From positions 1,187 to 65,186 of the forward strand of contig DATHMQ010000106.1 of the NCBI GenBank assembly GCA_035486935.1: a stretch of 64,000 bases of DNA, read 5' to 3'. This stretch comes from Solirubrobacteraceae bacterium. GTDB taxonomy: Bacteria; Actinomycetota; Thermoleophilia; Solirubrobacterales; Solirubrobacteraceae. The notes under the pieces are model-generated. The model saw only the letters and a program-made list of their open reading frames with translations, was not told the origin of the DNA and did no database searches. Below are positions 17,594 through 27,451 of the stretch, piece by piece (the stretch's first letter is position 1; the number at the start of each line of letters is the position of its first letter). A program made the position numbers and the translations under genes.

Positions 17594-20500
17594 GAGCCCG
17601 GCGCGAACAGCACATCGACCGAGTAGCTGGTGGCGTTGTAGCTACTGGTGGGGAACGTGGGACTCGCGCTGTATTCGTAGATCCCGTTCGGGCTGGTGCC
17701 GTTGGCGAGAGCCTGTAGTGGCGGGTTGCTCAGCCCGGCCGCGCTGAACGCGGCCGGTGTCGCCGGGTAATGCCCGTTGGGGGCGAAGTAGCCCGCCACG
17801 TAGGTCGTCCCGGCGGTGATCGGCACCGGTTCGGAGAAGGTGACTTGCTGCCAGCCGGAGGCTGTTTCGTTGGTGAAGGTGGCAGACGCGAGCAATGTGC
17901 CGTTTTCGCTCCACAGGCTGCCGATGTGCGTCCCTGTGTTGGTGGCGGCCTTGTAGAAGCGGATGCCCGTCACCGAGCCGTTTACTTCCGAGCTGAACTT
18001 GACGCCGAGCTCGATCGAGTGCCCGTCGCCCGCGTCGGCGATTTCCGGTGTGGCGAAGTCGAAGATTGTGTTACGCGGAGTCGCCACGCTCGAGGCTTCC
18101 GACTGCGGCCCGGTGCCGAGCGCGTTGACGGCAGCGACCTTGAAGGTGTAGTTCGTGCCGTTCGTTAGGCCTGTGATGACGGTGCTCTGGGCCGAGGCTC
18201 CTACGCTCGCCGGAGTCTGCGCACTCGCGCCGATGTAGGGCGTGATCGTATACCCGGTGATTGGGCTGCCGTCGCTGTTAGGTACGGTCCAGCCCACCAG
18301 CGCCTGTCCGGTGGCGGGGCTCGCCGTCACGTTTTCGGGTGCTTCGGGCGCGCTCGCGGCCGACGGCGCATACAGCACGTCGACGTAATAGTTGGTCGCG
18401 TTGAAGCTGCTACTCGGGAAGGTGGACGTGGTGCTGTAGCTGTACACCCCGTTGACGCTCGTTTCGTTGGCGAGTGCCTGCAGCGGCGGGTTGCTGACGC
18501 CAATCGGTGAGAACGCGGCTGAGGTTGCCGAGTAGTGCCCGTTCGGAGCGAGATAGCCGGCGACGTAGGTGGTGCCGGCCTTGATCGTGACCGGGCTTGC
18601 GAACGTCACCTGCTGCCAGCCAGAGGCGCTTTCGCTCGTGAAGGTGGCGGAAGCGAGCAGTGTTCCGGTCGAGCTCCAGAGGCTGCCGATGTGCGTGCCG
18701 GTGTTGGCGGTGGCCTTGTAGAAGCGGATGCCGGTGACCACCCCTTTTTCCTGGGCCGTGAACTTGACACCCACCTCGACCGAGCTCGGGTCGCCGGAAT
18801 CGACCATCGCCGGCGCCCCGAGTTCGAAGATCGTGTCCTCGGGGGTGGCCGCCGCGGACGCCGCCGAGGCCGCGCTGGTGCCGACCGAGTTGGTGGCGCT
18901 CACCTTGAAGGTGTAGGCGGTCCCGTTCGTCAACCCGGTCACCGTGACCGAGTTGGCGGGCGCCGTCACGCTGACGGGTGTTTGCGCGATCGAGCCGATG
19001 TACGGCGTCACGGTGTATTTGGTGATCGGTCCGCCACCTTCTTCGGCGGGCGTGGTCCAGCTCACCGAGGCCTGTCCCGAGGCGACAGCGGCAGACACGC
19101 CGGTGGGCGAGGTGGGCGGACCGGAAGGCGGCGTGGGCGCAAAGGTCACGTCGACGTAGTAGTTGGTCGAATTGAAACTGTTGGAAGGGAAGGCGCTAGC
19201 CGATCCGTACATGTAGACGCCGTCGGCGCTGGTCGAGTTGGCGAGTGCCTTCAGTGGCGGATTGCTTGTGCCCGCGGAGGCGAACGCGGCGGGAGTCGCC
19301 GAATAGTGCCCGTTGGGAGCGAAATAACCCGCCACATAGGTCGTGCCGGCGGTGATGCTCACGGCTTTAGAGAAGGTGACCTGTTGCCAGCCGGAGGCTG
19401 TTTCGTTGGTGAAGGTGGCGGATGCGAGCAGTGTGCCGGTTGAGCTCCAGAGGCTGCCGATGTGCGTGCCAGTGTTAGCGGCGGCCTTGTAGAAACGGAC
19501 ACCCGTTATCGATCCGCCCTTTTCGGCCGTGAACTTGACCCCGAGCTCGACCGAGTTGCCGTCGCCCGAATCGATCATGCTCGGTGTCGCAAAGTCGAAG
19601 ATCGTGTCTTGAGGCGTAACCGCGCTTGAGGCCTGTGAGGATTCGCTAGCGCCCACGGCGTTACTTGCCGTGACCTTGAACGTGTAGGTGGTCCCGTTGG
19701 AGAGCCCAGTGATTTTGGTCGAGGTGGTGGACGCGCTGACGTTGGTCGATGGCTGCGCGGCTGAGCCGATGTAGGGCGTCACCGTGTAGCCGGTCAGCGG
19801 CGTACCGCCTTCTTCGGTTGGAGCGGTCCAACTCACAAGCGCCTGTGCGGTCGCCGGGCTTGCCGAGACATTGGACGGCGCTTCGGGTGCGACAAAGGTT
19901 TGTGGCGTCACCTGGTTCGAGGCCGCTGACACCGGCCCGGACCCGTTGGGATTCGACGCCTGCACCTTGAAGGTGTATGTCGTGCCAGGTGTGAGACCGG
20001 AGATTTTCGTGCTCAGCGTCGATCCGCTCACCGCGGTGGGCGTCTGCGCTGTGCTGCCGATGTAGGGCGTCACCGTGTAGGTGGTGACCACGCCGCCGCT
20101 CGTTGGCGCAACCCAAGATACGCGCGCCGAGCCCGCCCCAGCGGTTGCGCTGACGCCGGTGACCTGGCCGGGAGGAGCGGCCGGTGAGAAGACCGGGTCC
20201 ACCCAGTAGTTGGTGCCGTTGTAGGTGCTTGTCGGGAAGCTCGAAGTCGTCGTATAGGAGTAGAGCCCGTTACTGGTAGTGGCGCTGGCCGGTACGGCGT
20301 GCAGCGGTGGGCTGTTGAGCGTTTTCGGCCCTGTTGGCGAGGGCGAGTAGAAGTAGTAGGAGTCGGCGGAGTAATGGCCCTTTGGGGCGAGGTAGCCGAC
20401 CACATATGTGGTGTTCGGTGAGATCTGGACCGGCGTGGAGAAGTTGACCTGCTGCCAGCCCGAGGCTGTTTCAGTGGTGAAGGTGGCGGATGCTAGCAAC

Positions 20501-22665
20501 GTGCCGTTTTCGCTCCACAGGCTGCCGATGTGCGTGCCGGTGTTGGCGGCCGCCTTATAGAAGCGCACGCCGGTGACGCTGCCGAACACTTCAGATGTGA
20601 ACTTGAGCCCCACCTCGACCGAGGACGCATCCCCAGAGTCCGGTGTGCCCGGCGTGACAGCTGAGCCCCAGATCGAGCATGGGCAGGACACATTGACGGT
20701 GATACCCGCGGACGGTTTCTCGAGGTTGGCGCTGTCATCGACCGCGCGTGAGCGGAGTGTCGTCGTGGGATTGCCGTGCGCGGCCCACGTGTATGACCAT
20801 TTGACCGTCTGTTCTGCGGGTGTGGTGAGCGTTGCCGGGTGCCAGGTGGCGCCGCCGTCGGTCGAGACTTCGACGCCCGCGACCACGCCGCCGCCGGTAT
20901 CGGTCGCGCTGCCCGCGATCGTCACAGCGCTGCCGTCCTGGAGTGTCGCGCCCTGCGTTGGCGAGGTGATCGTGGAGGTCGGGGGCGTGGTGTCGGTCGA
21001 CTTGGTTGCAGCGACGAGGCCAGTGGTCAGCGACCCGGGCTGGACACCCATTTCAGCGAACAGGTTGACGGTCGCCTGCTCCAGGTTGGGGTCGGCTGGC
21101 GTTTTGCCAGGCTCGGTGGTTGGTGCTTCCCAAGCATTGAAATTGGCAAGCCCCCACGACCATTGCACGGTGCCGGCGCCGAACACGAGCGCGCCGCTGG
21201 GAGCCTTGTAGAGCGTCAGATGATGGGTGGCAGTCGTGCCTTCGGAGAGCCTGCTGCCGTAGTCGTTGAACGTCTGCAGCCCGCTCACGGTCGTAGAGGA
21301 GAGGTCGAACTCGCCCGCTGGCCGGAAGCCGTTGTCGACATCCTCGTCCCACTCGTAGCCGAGCGTGCCAGCGCCGGGCGCAAGCGTCAGCGATTGTCCG
21401 GATTTCAGCGTCGAAGCAGCCGTGTTTTTCCACAGCCGGTCCTTGGCGTACTGGGAGGGCACAGTAATGTTGGAGGTGCCCGCGTTCACCAGGAAGAACT
21501 GGCCTGTCAAAGCGTTCTCGGGCTTGCCCCCGTTGGCGGGCGGACTGAAGCGTGGATCGCGCCAACTGCCTGTCCAGGTCGGCGGGTCCTGTGGGTCCAC
21601 GGGCGCGTTGAAGTGCGTCTCCTTGTAAGAGGTAAGCGTGCGATAGGGCGTATTTGTGCCTTCCGTGCTCGGCCCCCAGCGCGTCTTCCAGAACATCTCG
21701 TTGCCGCTGAAGAAGGCAAGGTTGACGCCTGCCGATAGCGCAGATTCGACGTTCGCCCGCTGGCCTTCAGACCAATACTCGTCATGGCCGCTCGAGATGA
21801 ATAGCTTGTGGTTCTTCAGCAGCGCGCCATTCTGGTCGACGTTGGCCTCGCTGGTGTAGCTGACGTTGTAGCCGTTCTTCTCCATCCAGTAGATCATCTG
21901 GAACTCGGCGTACCAAAGGTAGGAAGCGCCGCCGTCCACCGCGAAGGATCCCTCCCACGGCCGGTTATAGGACACCGCGTAGGCAGCCTTATAGGCTTCC
22001 GGTTCGCCGGGCGGGCAAGCGACCGTGCACGTGTAGAGGCTGTTGCCGCCGTAGTCGTTGTAGGCCTCCCAGGTGGCGTCAGAGGTCTGCAACAGGACTT
22101 CAGAGTGGCTGGAGTCGTTGCGCACGACAAACGGGATCTGGCTTTCGCCGCTGCCGTCTTCGCGTACCAGATGGGCGATGTACACGCCGGAGACCGCGTT
22201 GCTCGGAACCGTCCACGATGCCGAGACGCCCCAGTTGCCACAGTCGATCAGGCCGGTGGCGGAGTTCGTAAGGCAAGCCGGCTGTTTCTGGGGAAGCGTC
22301 GCGGTCGGTTTGATACCGGCCTGTACCATGCGCGCTCCGTCGCCGCCGTAGTAGCCGAGGCGCAGGATGTCGATGTGGTACTTGGTCGAGGGCGTGCTGA
22401 TCTTGAAGGACTCTGTTTCGCCGACGTTGACGCTCATCGAGGTGCCGTAGCCCTGGATCGTGCTGGAGCCGACGCCTTCCACCTCCCAGTCGCTGGGAGG
22501 ATCGCCGGGCAGGGCGTTCTCGCAGACGATCGGGTTGGGCGCCGAAGCGCATTCGTCGGTCAGGGCCAGCGCCGGCGAGCTCGTGGCAAGCATGCCAAGG
22601 CAGGCGATCAGGGTGGTGGCGATGGCCAGCAGCAGCCCCGTCAGAGATAGTCGGCCTGTCTTCAT
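17590..22665 (-). CDS. Giant secreted protein: N,N-dimethylformamidase beta-subunit-like domain, Ig-like domain, 4x DUF4082 and 4x fibronectin type III
   Basis: RBS GAGGAG then MKTG signal peptide; NPIVCENALPG, YNDYGGNSLY, GHDEYWS; four VE(V/L)G(V/L)KF...RFYKA...HIGSLWS...ASGWQQV repeats alternating with FN3 modules (YTVTPYIG...YTFKV). Confidence 0.9.
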   Translation of the reverse strand: MKTGRLSLTGLLLAIATTLIACLGMLATSSPALALTDECASAPNPIVCENALPGDPPSDWEVEGVGSSTIQGYGTSMSVNVGETESFKISTPSTKYHIDILRLGYYGGDGARMVQAGIKPTATLPQKQPACLTNSATGLIDCGNWGVSASWTVPSNAVSGVYIAHLVREDGSGESQIPFVVRNDSSHSEVLLQTSDATWEAYNDYGGNSLYTCTVACPPGEPEAYKAAYAVSYNRPWEGSFAVDGGASYLWYAEFQMIYWMEKNGYNVSYTSEANVDQNGALLKNHKLFISSGHDEYWSEGQRANVESALSAGVNLAFFSGNEMFWKTRWGPSTEGTNTPYRTLTSYKETHFNAPVDPQDPPTWTGSWRDPRFSPPANGGKPENALTGQFFLVNAGTSNITVPSQYAKDRLWKNTAASTLKSGQSLTLAPGAGTLGYEWDEDVDNGFRPAGEFDLSSTTVSGLQTFNDYGSRLSEGTTATHHLTLYKAPSGALVFGAGTVQWSWGLANFNAWEAPTTEPGKTPADPNLEQATVNLFAEMGVQPGSLTTGLVAATKSTDTTPPTSTITSPTQGATLQDGSAVTIAGSATDTGGGVVAGVEVSTDGGATWHPATLTTPAEQTVKWSYTWAAHGNPTTTLRSRAVDDSANLEKPSAGITVNVSCPCSIWGSAVTPGTPDSGDASSVEVGLKFTSEVFGSVTGVRFYKAAANTGTHIGSLWSENGTLLASATFTTETASGWQQVNFSTPVQISPNTTYVVGYLAPKGHYSADSYYFYSPSPTGPKTLNSPPLHAVPASATTSNGLYSYTTTSSFPTSTYNGTNYWVDPVFSPAAPPGQVTGVSATAGAGSARVSWVAPTSGGVVTTYTVTPYIGSTAQTPTAVSGSTLSTKISGLTPGTTYTFKVQASNPNGSGPVSAASNQVTPQTFVAPEAPSNVSASPATAQALVSWTAPTEEGGTPLTGYTVTPYIGSAAQPSTNVSASTTSTKITGLSNGTTYTFKVTASNAVGASESSQASSAVTPQDTIFDFATPSMIDSGDGNSVELGVKFTAEKGGSITGVRFYKAAANTGTHIGSLWSSTGTLLASATFTNETASGWQQVTFSKAVSITAGTTYVAGYFAPNGHYSATPAAFASAGTSNPPLKALANSTSADGVYMYGSASAFPSNSFNSTNYYVDVTFAPTPPSGPPTSPTGVSAAVASGQASVSWTTPAEEGGGPITKYTVTPYIGSIAQTPVSVTAPANSVTVTGLTNGTAYTFKVSATNSVGTSAASAASAAATPEDTIFELGAPAMVDSGDPSSVEVGVKFTAQEKGVVTGIRFYKATANTGTHIGSLWSSTGTLLASATFTSESASGWQQVTFASPVTIKAGTTYVAGYLAPNGHYSATSAAFSPIGVSNPPLQALANETSVNGVYSYSTTSTFPSSSFNATNYYVDVLYAPSAASAPEAPENVTASPATGQALVGWTVPNSDGSPITGYTITPYIGASAQTPASVGASAQSTVITGLTNGTNYTFKVAAVNALGTGPQSEASSVATPRNTIFDFATPEIADAGDGHSIELGVKFSSEVNGSVTGIRFYKAATNTGTHIGSLWSENGTLLASATFTNETASGWQQVTFSEPVPITAGTTYVAGYFAPNGHYPATPAAFSAAGLSNPPLQALANGTSPNGIYEYSASPTFPTSSYNATSYSVDVLFAPGS

Positions 22666-23453
22666 GATGCTCCTCTTCCACTTAGGACTGCCGGCACAGT
22701 ACGCACCAAAATCGCAATGTTCAGCCACACCGAACGCCGGCGCGCGTATTCGACGTCTAGGCGCACCATCTCCTCGAGCGTCACCGTGGAGCGGCCGTTG
22801 ACCTGCCACAGGCCGGTGACGCCGGGCTTGACGGCAAAGCGCGCAAACCAGTGCGGGGGATAGTGCTCGACCTCATAGGGGATCGCCGGCCGTGGTCCCA
22901 CCAGCGACATCTCGCCGCGCAGCACGTTCCACAGTTGGGGCAGCTCGTCGAGGCTCGAGCGCCGCAGGGCCCTGCCGAAGCGGGTTACGCGTGCATCGCC
23001 GGTCATCTTGAATTGCGGCCCAGGCGTGGTGTGCTCGCGATGCTCGCCGGCGATCAGCCCGAGCACGTAGTCGCGGTGGCGATCATGCGGGACGCCGTCG
23101 TGCATCGTGCGGAACTTGTTGACCGTGAACGGCACCGTGTCGCGGCCGACGCGACGCTGGCGAAAGATCGGCGAGCCCGGCGAGTCCAGGCGCACGAGGA
23201 TCGCGATCAGAGCAAGCAAGGGGGAGAGCAGGATCAACAGGATTGCCGAGCCGACGATGTCCAGAGCCCTGCAGCCGAAGTCCAGCAGTCTGCCTTCGGC
23301 TGGCTGCCCGGAAGCGACGTCAAGCGCGCTGCGCGGGACGACGCTCGAGCCGAGCGAAGCGGTCTGTCGATCGATAGCGCTACTTGCCACAACAAAGAAA
23401 CGCGCGGAACGTCGCCAACTTTCGTCCTTCTGAACCGCAATTTGCGTGCTCAC
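22662..23453 (-). CDS. Priming sugar transferase (Bac_transf, polyprenyl-phosphate glycosylphosphotransferase)
   Basis: KFRTM, RRSSLDELPQLWNVLRGEMSLVGPRP and VKPGVTGLWQVNGR motifs. Confidence 0.95.
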   Translation of the reverse strand: MSTQIAVQKDESWRRSARFFVVASSAIDRQTASLGSSVVPRSALDVASGQPAEGRLLDFGCRALDIVGSAILLILLSPLLALIAILVRLDSPGSPIFRQRRVGRDTVPFTVNKFRTMHDGVPHDRHRDYVLGLIAGEHREHTTPGPQFKMTGDARVTRFGRALRRSSLDELPQLWNVLRGEMSLVGPRPAIPYEVEHYPPHWFARFAVKPGVTGLWQVNGRSTVTLEEMVRLDVEYARRRSVWLNIAILVRTVPAVLSGRGAS

Positions 23454-23481
23454 CCGAGTGAGCGCCGACGGGTGTATGGCG

Positions 23482-24633
23482 TCAGGCGGCCAGCGCGAGC
23501 AGGCAGGCTTCGAGCCGCTCGAGGATGTAGTCCTGCTGATCCTCGGAGAGGTCGGGGAAAAGCGGCAGCATCAGCGTCTCGCGGGTCGCTGCCTCGGTGT
23601 GCGGAAGATCGAGCTGAGGGCCGTCGTTCGTTCGGTCCGCATAGGAGGCCTCTTCGTGGATCGCCATCACACCGCGACGCGTGGCGATACCGTCCTGCAA
23701 GAGGCTGCGCATCAGATCGGTGCGCCCCAGCGGAGCGCCAGGCGCGACGCGAACGCAGTAGGACTGCCACGTGCGCTGCGCGTACGGCGGATCATAAGGG
23801 GCTTCGAGATGTGGAATGCGCTCCAGCGCCTCCGTATAGCGCTCGGCAAGTAGGCGGCGGCGCTCCAGGATCTCATCCAGCACGCGCAACTGACAGAGCC
23901 CAAGCGCGGCCTGCATGTCGGTCATGCGGCTGTTCCAACCACGCTCCGGATAGGCCTCGACGACGATGTCGCGCGCGGAGTGGCGGGCAAGGTCGGAGGT
24001 ATCCATGCCGTGCGCGCGCAGGCGCCGCAGCCGTTCCGCGACCTCGGGATCCGCCACGGCGATCATTCCGCCCTCGCCGGTGGTGATCACCTTGCGCGGG
24101 TGCAGCGAGAAGCAGGCGAGCGGGCCGAGCGAGCCGATCGGCCGATCCTTGTAGTTTGCGCCGATCGCGCAGGCGGCGTCCTCGATGATCGCCACGCCGT
24201 GGCGCCGGCCAAGTTCCAGGAATGCGTCCATGTCAGCCGGGAGGCCCACCTGATGCACGGGCATGATCGCCTTTGTACGGGACGTGATCGCGCGTTCGGC
24301 GGCAGCCGCGTCGAGGTTGTAGGTGCGCGGGTCGATGTCGGCGAAGACCGGTTGCGCGCCGCAGTGCCAGACGGCGTTGGCGGTCGCGATGAAGGACAGC
24401 GAGGGCACGATCACCTCGTCGCCTGGTCCTACACCAGAGACATGGAGCGCTAGCGAAAGGGCGGTCGTGCAGCTTGTGGTGGCAACCGCATCGGCGGCGC
24501 CGACGCGCTCAGCAAAAGCCTCCTCGAAGGCTCGCACCTTAGGACCTTGGGAGATCCAGCCGGAGGCGATCACGTCGGCGACGGCCGCTTGCTCATCGCC
24601 CGCAAGGTGTGGGCGCGTGATCGGGATCTCCAT
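23482..24633 (-). CDS. DegT/DnrJ/EryC1/StrS aminotransferase
   Basis: SGWISQGPKV, IEDAACAIG and FSLHPRKVITTGEGG (PLP lysine). Confidence 0.95.
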   Translation of the reverse strand: MEIPITRPHLAGDEQAAVADVIASGWISQGPKVRAFEEAFAERVGAADAVATTSCTTALSLALHVSGVGPGDEVIVPSLSFIATANAVWHCGAQPVFADIDPRTYNLDAAAAERAITSRTKAIMPVHQVGLPADMDAFLELGRRHGVAIIEDAACAIGANYKDRPIGSLGPLACFSLHPRKVITTGEGGMIAVADPEVAERLRRLRAHGMDTSDLARHSARDIVVEAYPERGWNSRMTDMQAALGLCQLRVLDEILERRRLLAERYTEALERIPHLEAPYDPPYAQRTWQSYCVRVAPGAPLGRTDLMRSLLQDGIATRRGVMAIHEEASYADRTNDGPQLDLPHTEAATRETLMLPLFPDLSEDQQDYILERLEACLLALAA

Positions 24634-25619
24634 CACGGTGCGGCGCTGAGCGTGGGCGAAGCGATCGAAGCTCGTTCGGCGCGCCACCAATCCACCAACA
24701 GACGCAGGCCTTCTTCGAGGTCGACCTCGGCCTTGAAGCCCAGCCGCTCGCGAGCCGCGCGCGTGTCGGCCAGACGTCGTGGAACCTTGTTGACCGAGCG
24801 CTCCGGGCCATGTTCGACCTCGACTTTGGCTCCCATCACCTCGATCAGCATCTGGGCGAGTTCGAGCAGGCTCGTCTCGCTGCCGCTGGCTACGTTGAAG
24901 ACCTCGTCGCTGACATTGGCCGAAGCGGCCAGCACGTTCGAGCGGGCGACGTCGCCGATGTAGATGAAATCCATCGTCTGTGAGCCGTCGCCGAGTATCA
25001 AGGGTGGAACGCCTGATTCGATGCGTTCCATCCAGCGCACCAGCACCTCGGTATAGACCCCGTGGATGTCCATGCGCGGTCCGTACACGTTGAAGTAGCG
25101 CAGCGCGACGTAGTCGAGCCCCTGCATCGAGTTGAAGCTACGCAGTAGGCCCTCGTTGAAAGTCTTGGCGGCGCCGTAGAGCGTGTCGTTGGCGTAGGGG
25201 TGATGAGACTCATCGGTCGGAAACTGCTCGGCCAGCCCGTAGACCGAGGCCGAGGACGCGGCGACGATCCTGCGCACTTTCTCGGCCAGGGCAGCCTCGA
25301 TCACGTTGTAGGTGCCATCCACCATCACTTCGAGCGCAAGCCGCGGTTCCGCCGCACATTGGGTGATGCGCAGGGCGGCCTGGTGGAAGACGACATCGAT
25401 GCCGCGTGTCAGCTCGGCGACAAGCTCACGGTCGCGGATGTCGCCTTCGACAAGTCGCACCGGGCCGTTCTCGATCGCCCATGCGAGGTTGTCGCGACGA
25501 CCGCGCACGAAGTTGTCGAGCACGACGATCTCCTGTGCGCCGGCCTGCACCAGTTGGTCGGCGATGTTGGAGCCGACGGCTCCGCCGCCGCCTGTGATCA
25601 GCGCGCGTTCACCGAGCAT
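24633..25619 (-). CDS. NAD-dependent epimerase/dehydratase
   Basis: ITGGGGAVGS, SSASVYG, YGAAK (YxxxK) and LRYFNVYGP motifs. Confidence 0.95.
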   Translation of the reverse strand: MLGERALITGGGGAVGSNIADQLVQAGAQEIVVLDNFVRGRRDNLAWAIENGPVRLVEGDIRDRELVAELTRGIDVVFHQAALRITQCAAEPRLALEVMVDGTYNVIEAALAEKVRRIVAASSASVYGLAEQFPTDESHHPYANDTLYGAAKTFNEGLLRSFNSMQGLDYVALRYFNVYGPRMDIHGVYTEVLVRWMERIESGVPPLILGDGSQTMDFIYIGDVARSNVLAASANVSDEVFNVASGSETSLLELAQMLIEVMGAKVEVEHGPERSVNKVPRRLADTRAARERLGFKAEVDLEEGLRLLVDWWRAERASIASPTLSAAP

Positions 25620-25637
25620 CTTGCGAGCACCTCATGA

Positions 25638-26303
25638 TCACTCAACGGCCAATGAGGCGGGATTTTCCACGCGCAACTGAATTTGCCAGTGCTCGGCGCC
25701 TGGTAGAGGGACCTGTCCCTGGGTGCGATCGAGTGGAACATCGCCGATCGCGCGCGCCGGGTTGCCGGCCGCGATCACCCCGGCAGGGATCGATTTGGTG
25801 ACGACACTGCCAGCTCCGATCACCGAGTGAGCGCCGATGTTCACGCCCTTGAGGATCTTGACGCCGTCGCCCACGAACACGTTCTCCCCAAGCTCGACGG
25901 CTGCCATCTGCGGTCGCCCACCGCGACGGCGGGCGGGGTGGAGATCGTGGAAGTCGCTGTCGAGAATCTCGACGCAGGAGCCGATCAGCGCGTTTGCGCC
26001 GATGCGGATGCCTGGCCCTTCGCTCTTGATGAAGGCGTTGTTGTTTACCTGGGCGCCATCGCCGAACTCAATGATCGACTCTGGCATGGAGGCCTCGATG
26101 TGGCAGTAGCCGCTGTAGAACTGCGTCGAAGTGGGCCATCCGAACTCGACATCGCGGCCAATGACGATCGCCCCGTCGCCGAGCAGCAGGACGGGTTGCA
26201 ATACCACCGGGTTGCCGTTCACGCGCTCGCACGTGGAGAGCGCACGGTACTTCCAGACTCGAGCCCGACGGATCGCATCGCTGAGACGCCCCCCGCCCCT
26301 CAT
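25638..26303 (-). CDS. Hexapeptide-repeat acyltransferase
   Basis: DSDFH, ELGENVFVGDGVKILKGVNIGAHSVIGAGSVVTKSIP...AGNPAR. Confidence 0.9.
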   Translation of the reverse strand: MRGGGRLSDAIRRARVWKYRALSTCERVNGNPVVLQPVLLLGDGAIVIGRDVEFGWPTSTQFYSGYCHIEASMPESIIEFGDGAQVNNNAFIKSEGPGIRIGANALIGSCVEILDSDFHDLHPARRRGGRPQMAAVELGENVFVGDGVKILKGVNIGAHSVIGAGSVVTKSIPAGVIAAGNPARAIGDVPLDRTQGQVPLPGAEHWQIQLRVENPASLAVE

Positions 26304-26485
26304 CGCGACCCACCGCGCTCCGCCGAGCTCTGCCTGTACCGATCGCTCGTCCTCATCTGTTCAACAACGTCTCGGTGTGTGGCGGCCTTCCGCGTGAGAG
26401 TGCCTTGGATCGATGAAGCCGATACTCGTGCGATCCCGTCGGTCCGGTGCGAGAATCGCCCGCCGTTGCACGTTCATACAGCGAT

Positions 26486-27451
26486 ATGACCGACACTCGC
26501 AAACCATCCATCTCAGTCGTCGTGGCGGCCTACCAGGCCGAGCGCTTCATCGCCGAGGCGCTCGAATCGATCCTCGGCCAAACCCACCCACCCGATGAGC
26601 TGATCGTGGTGGATGACGGCTCGACCGATGGCACCGCGGCTGAGCTCGAGCGCTTTGCCGATCGCATCCGCATCGTGCGTCAGCCCAACGGAGGCTGTCC
26701 GGCCGCGTTCAACACCGCCTTCCGGGAAGCGCGCGGCGACTTCGTGGCGCTGTGCGGCGCCGACGACATCTGGGAGCCCCACAAGCTCGAATGGCAGGCC
26801 GAGGCGATCGCGGCGCACCCCGAGTTGGATGTGCTCTGCGGACATGCGGTGTTGGTCGGGCGCATGGAGGGCGATTACTCTCGACCACCAGGTGTGGGCG
26901 TACTCGACAATGGCGCTCTGAAGGACGCCCTATACCGGCAGTGCTGTATCTGCGCGCCCTCGGTGGTCATCCGGCGCTCGCTGTTCGAGCGCCTTGGGCC
27001 GTTCATCGAGGACTTCGGGGCCGACGACTACGAGTACTGGTTTCGTTGCCTGCGCGATGGAGCCCACTTTTACTACGACCCGCGTCCGTTGCTGAGCTGG
27101 CGCCAGCACGAGAACAACCTCACCGGGCGGACACCCTGGATGGAGGAGTGCGCCGCTCAGGTGCGGCGCATGTATGAAGCGGATGTGAGCGATCGCGCGA
27201 TCGCCGACGATCTCTTCAGGACCGGTCGCCGGCTTGTGGAGGAAGGCCGCCCACGCGAGGCTCGTCAGGCGTTTCGTGGATCCTTGCGGCACGGGCGGGG
27301 CAGCGCTTCCCCGGCTAATGCCAGGGCACTCGCCTGGGTTGCGATCCTGGGGCTGCCGTCGGGTGCACGCGAGCTAGCTGGTCGGGCTCTGACCGATATC
27401 AGTCGTGCCATCGACAACCTGCGCGGCGGACGCGATCCGGTGCTGCCATGA
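26486..27451 (+). CDS. Glycosyltransferase family 2
   Basis: ISVVVAAYQ, VDDGSTD, GADDIW and DDYEYW motifs. Confidence 0.92.
   Translation: MTDTRKPSISVVVAAYQAERFIAEALESILGQTHPPDELIVVDDGSTDGTAAELERFADRIRIVRQPNGGCPAAFNTAFREARGDFVALCGADDIWEPHKLEWQAEAIAAHPELDVLCGHAVLVGRMEGDYSRPPGVGVLDNGALKDALYRQCCICAPSVVIRRSLFERLGPFIEDFGADDYEYWFRCLRDGAHFYYDPRPLLSWRQHENNLTGRTPWMEECAAQVRRMYEADVSDRAIADDLFRTGRRLVEEGRPREARQAFRGSLRHGRGSASPANARALAWVAILGLPSGARELAGRALTDISRAIDNLRGGRDPVLP

Noticed and set aside
17590-20680. Long DNA repeats suggesting a DGR template or mobile element
   Set aside because: They are in-frame DUF4082/FN3 domain duplications; differences do not look adenine-specific and no reverse transcriptase is present
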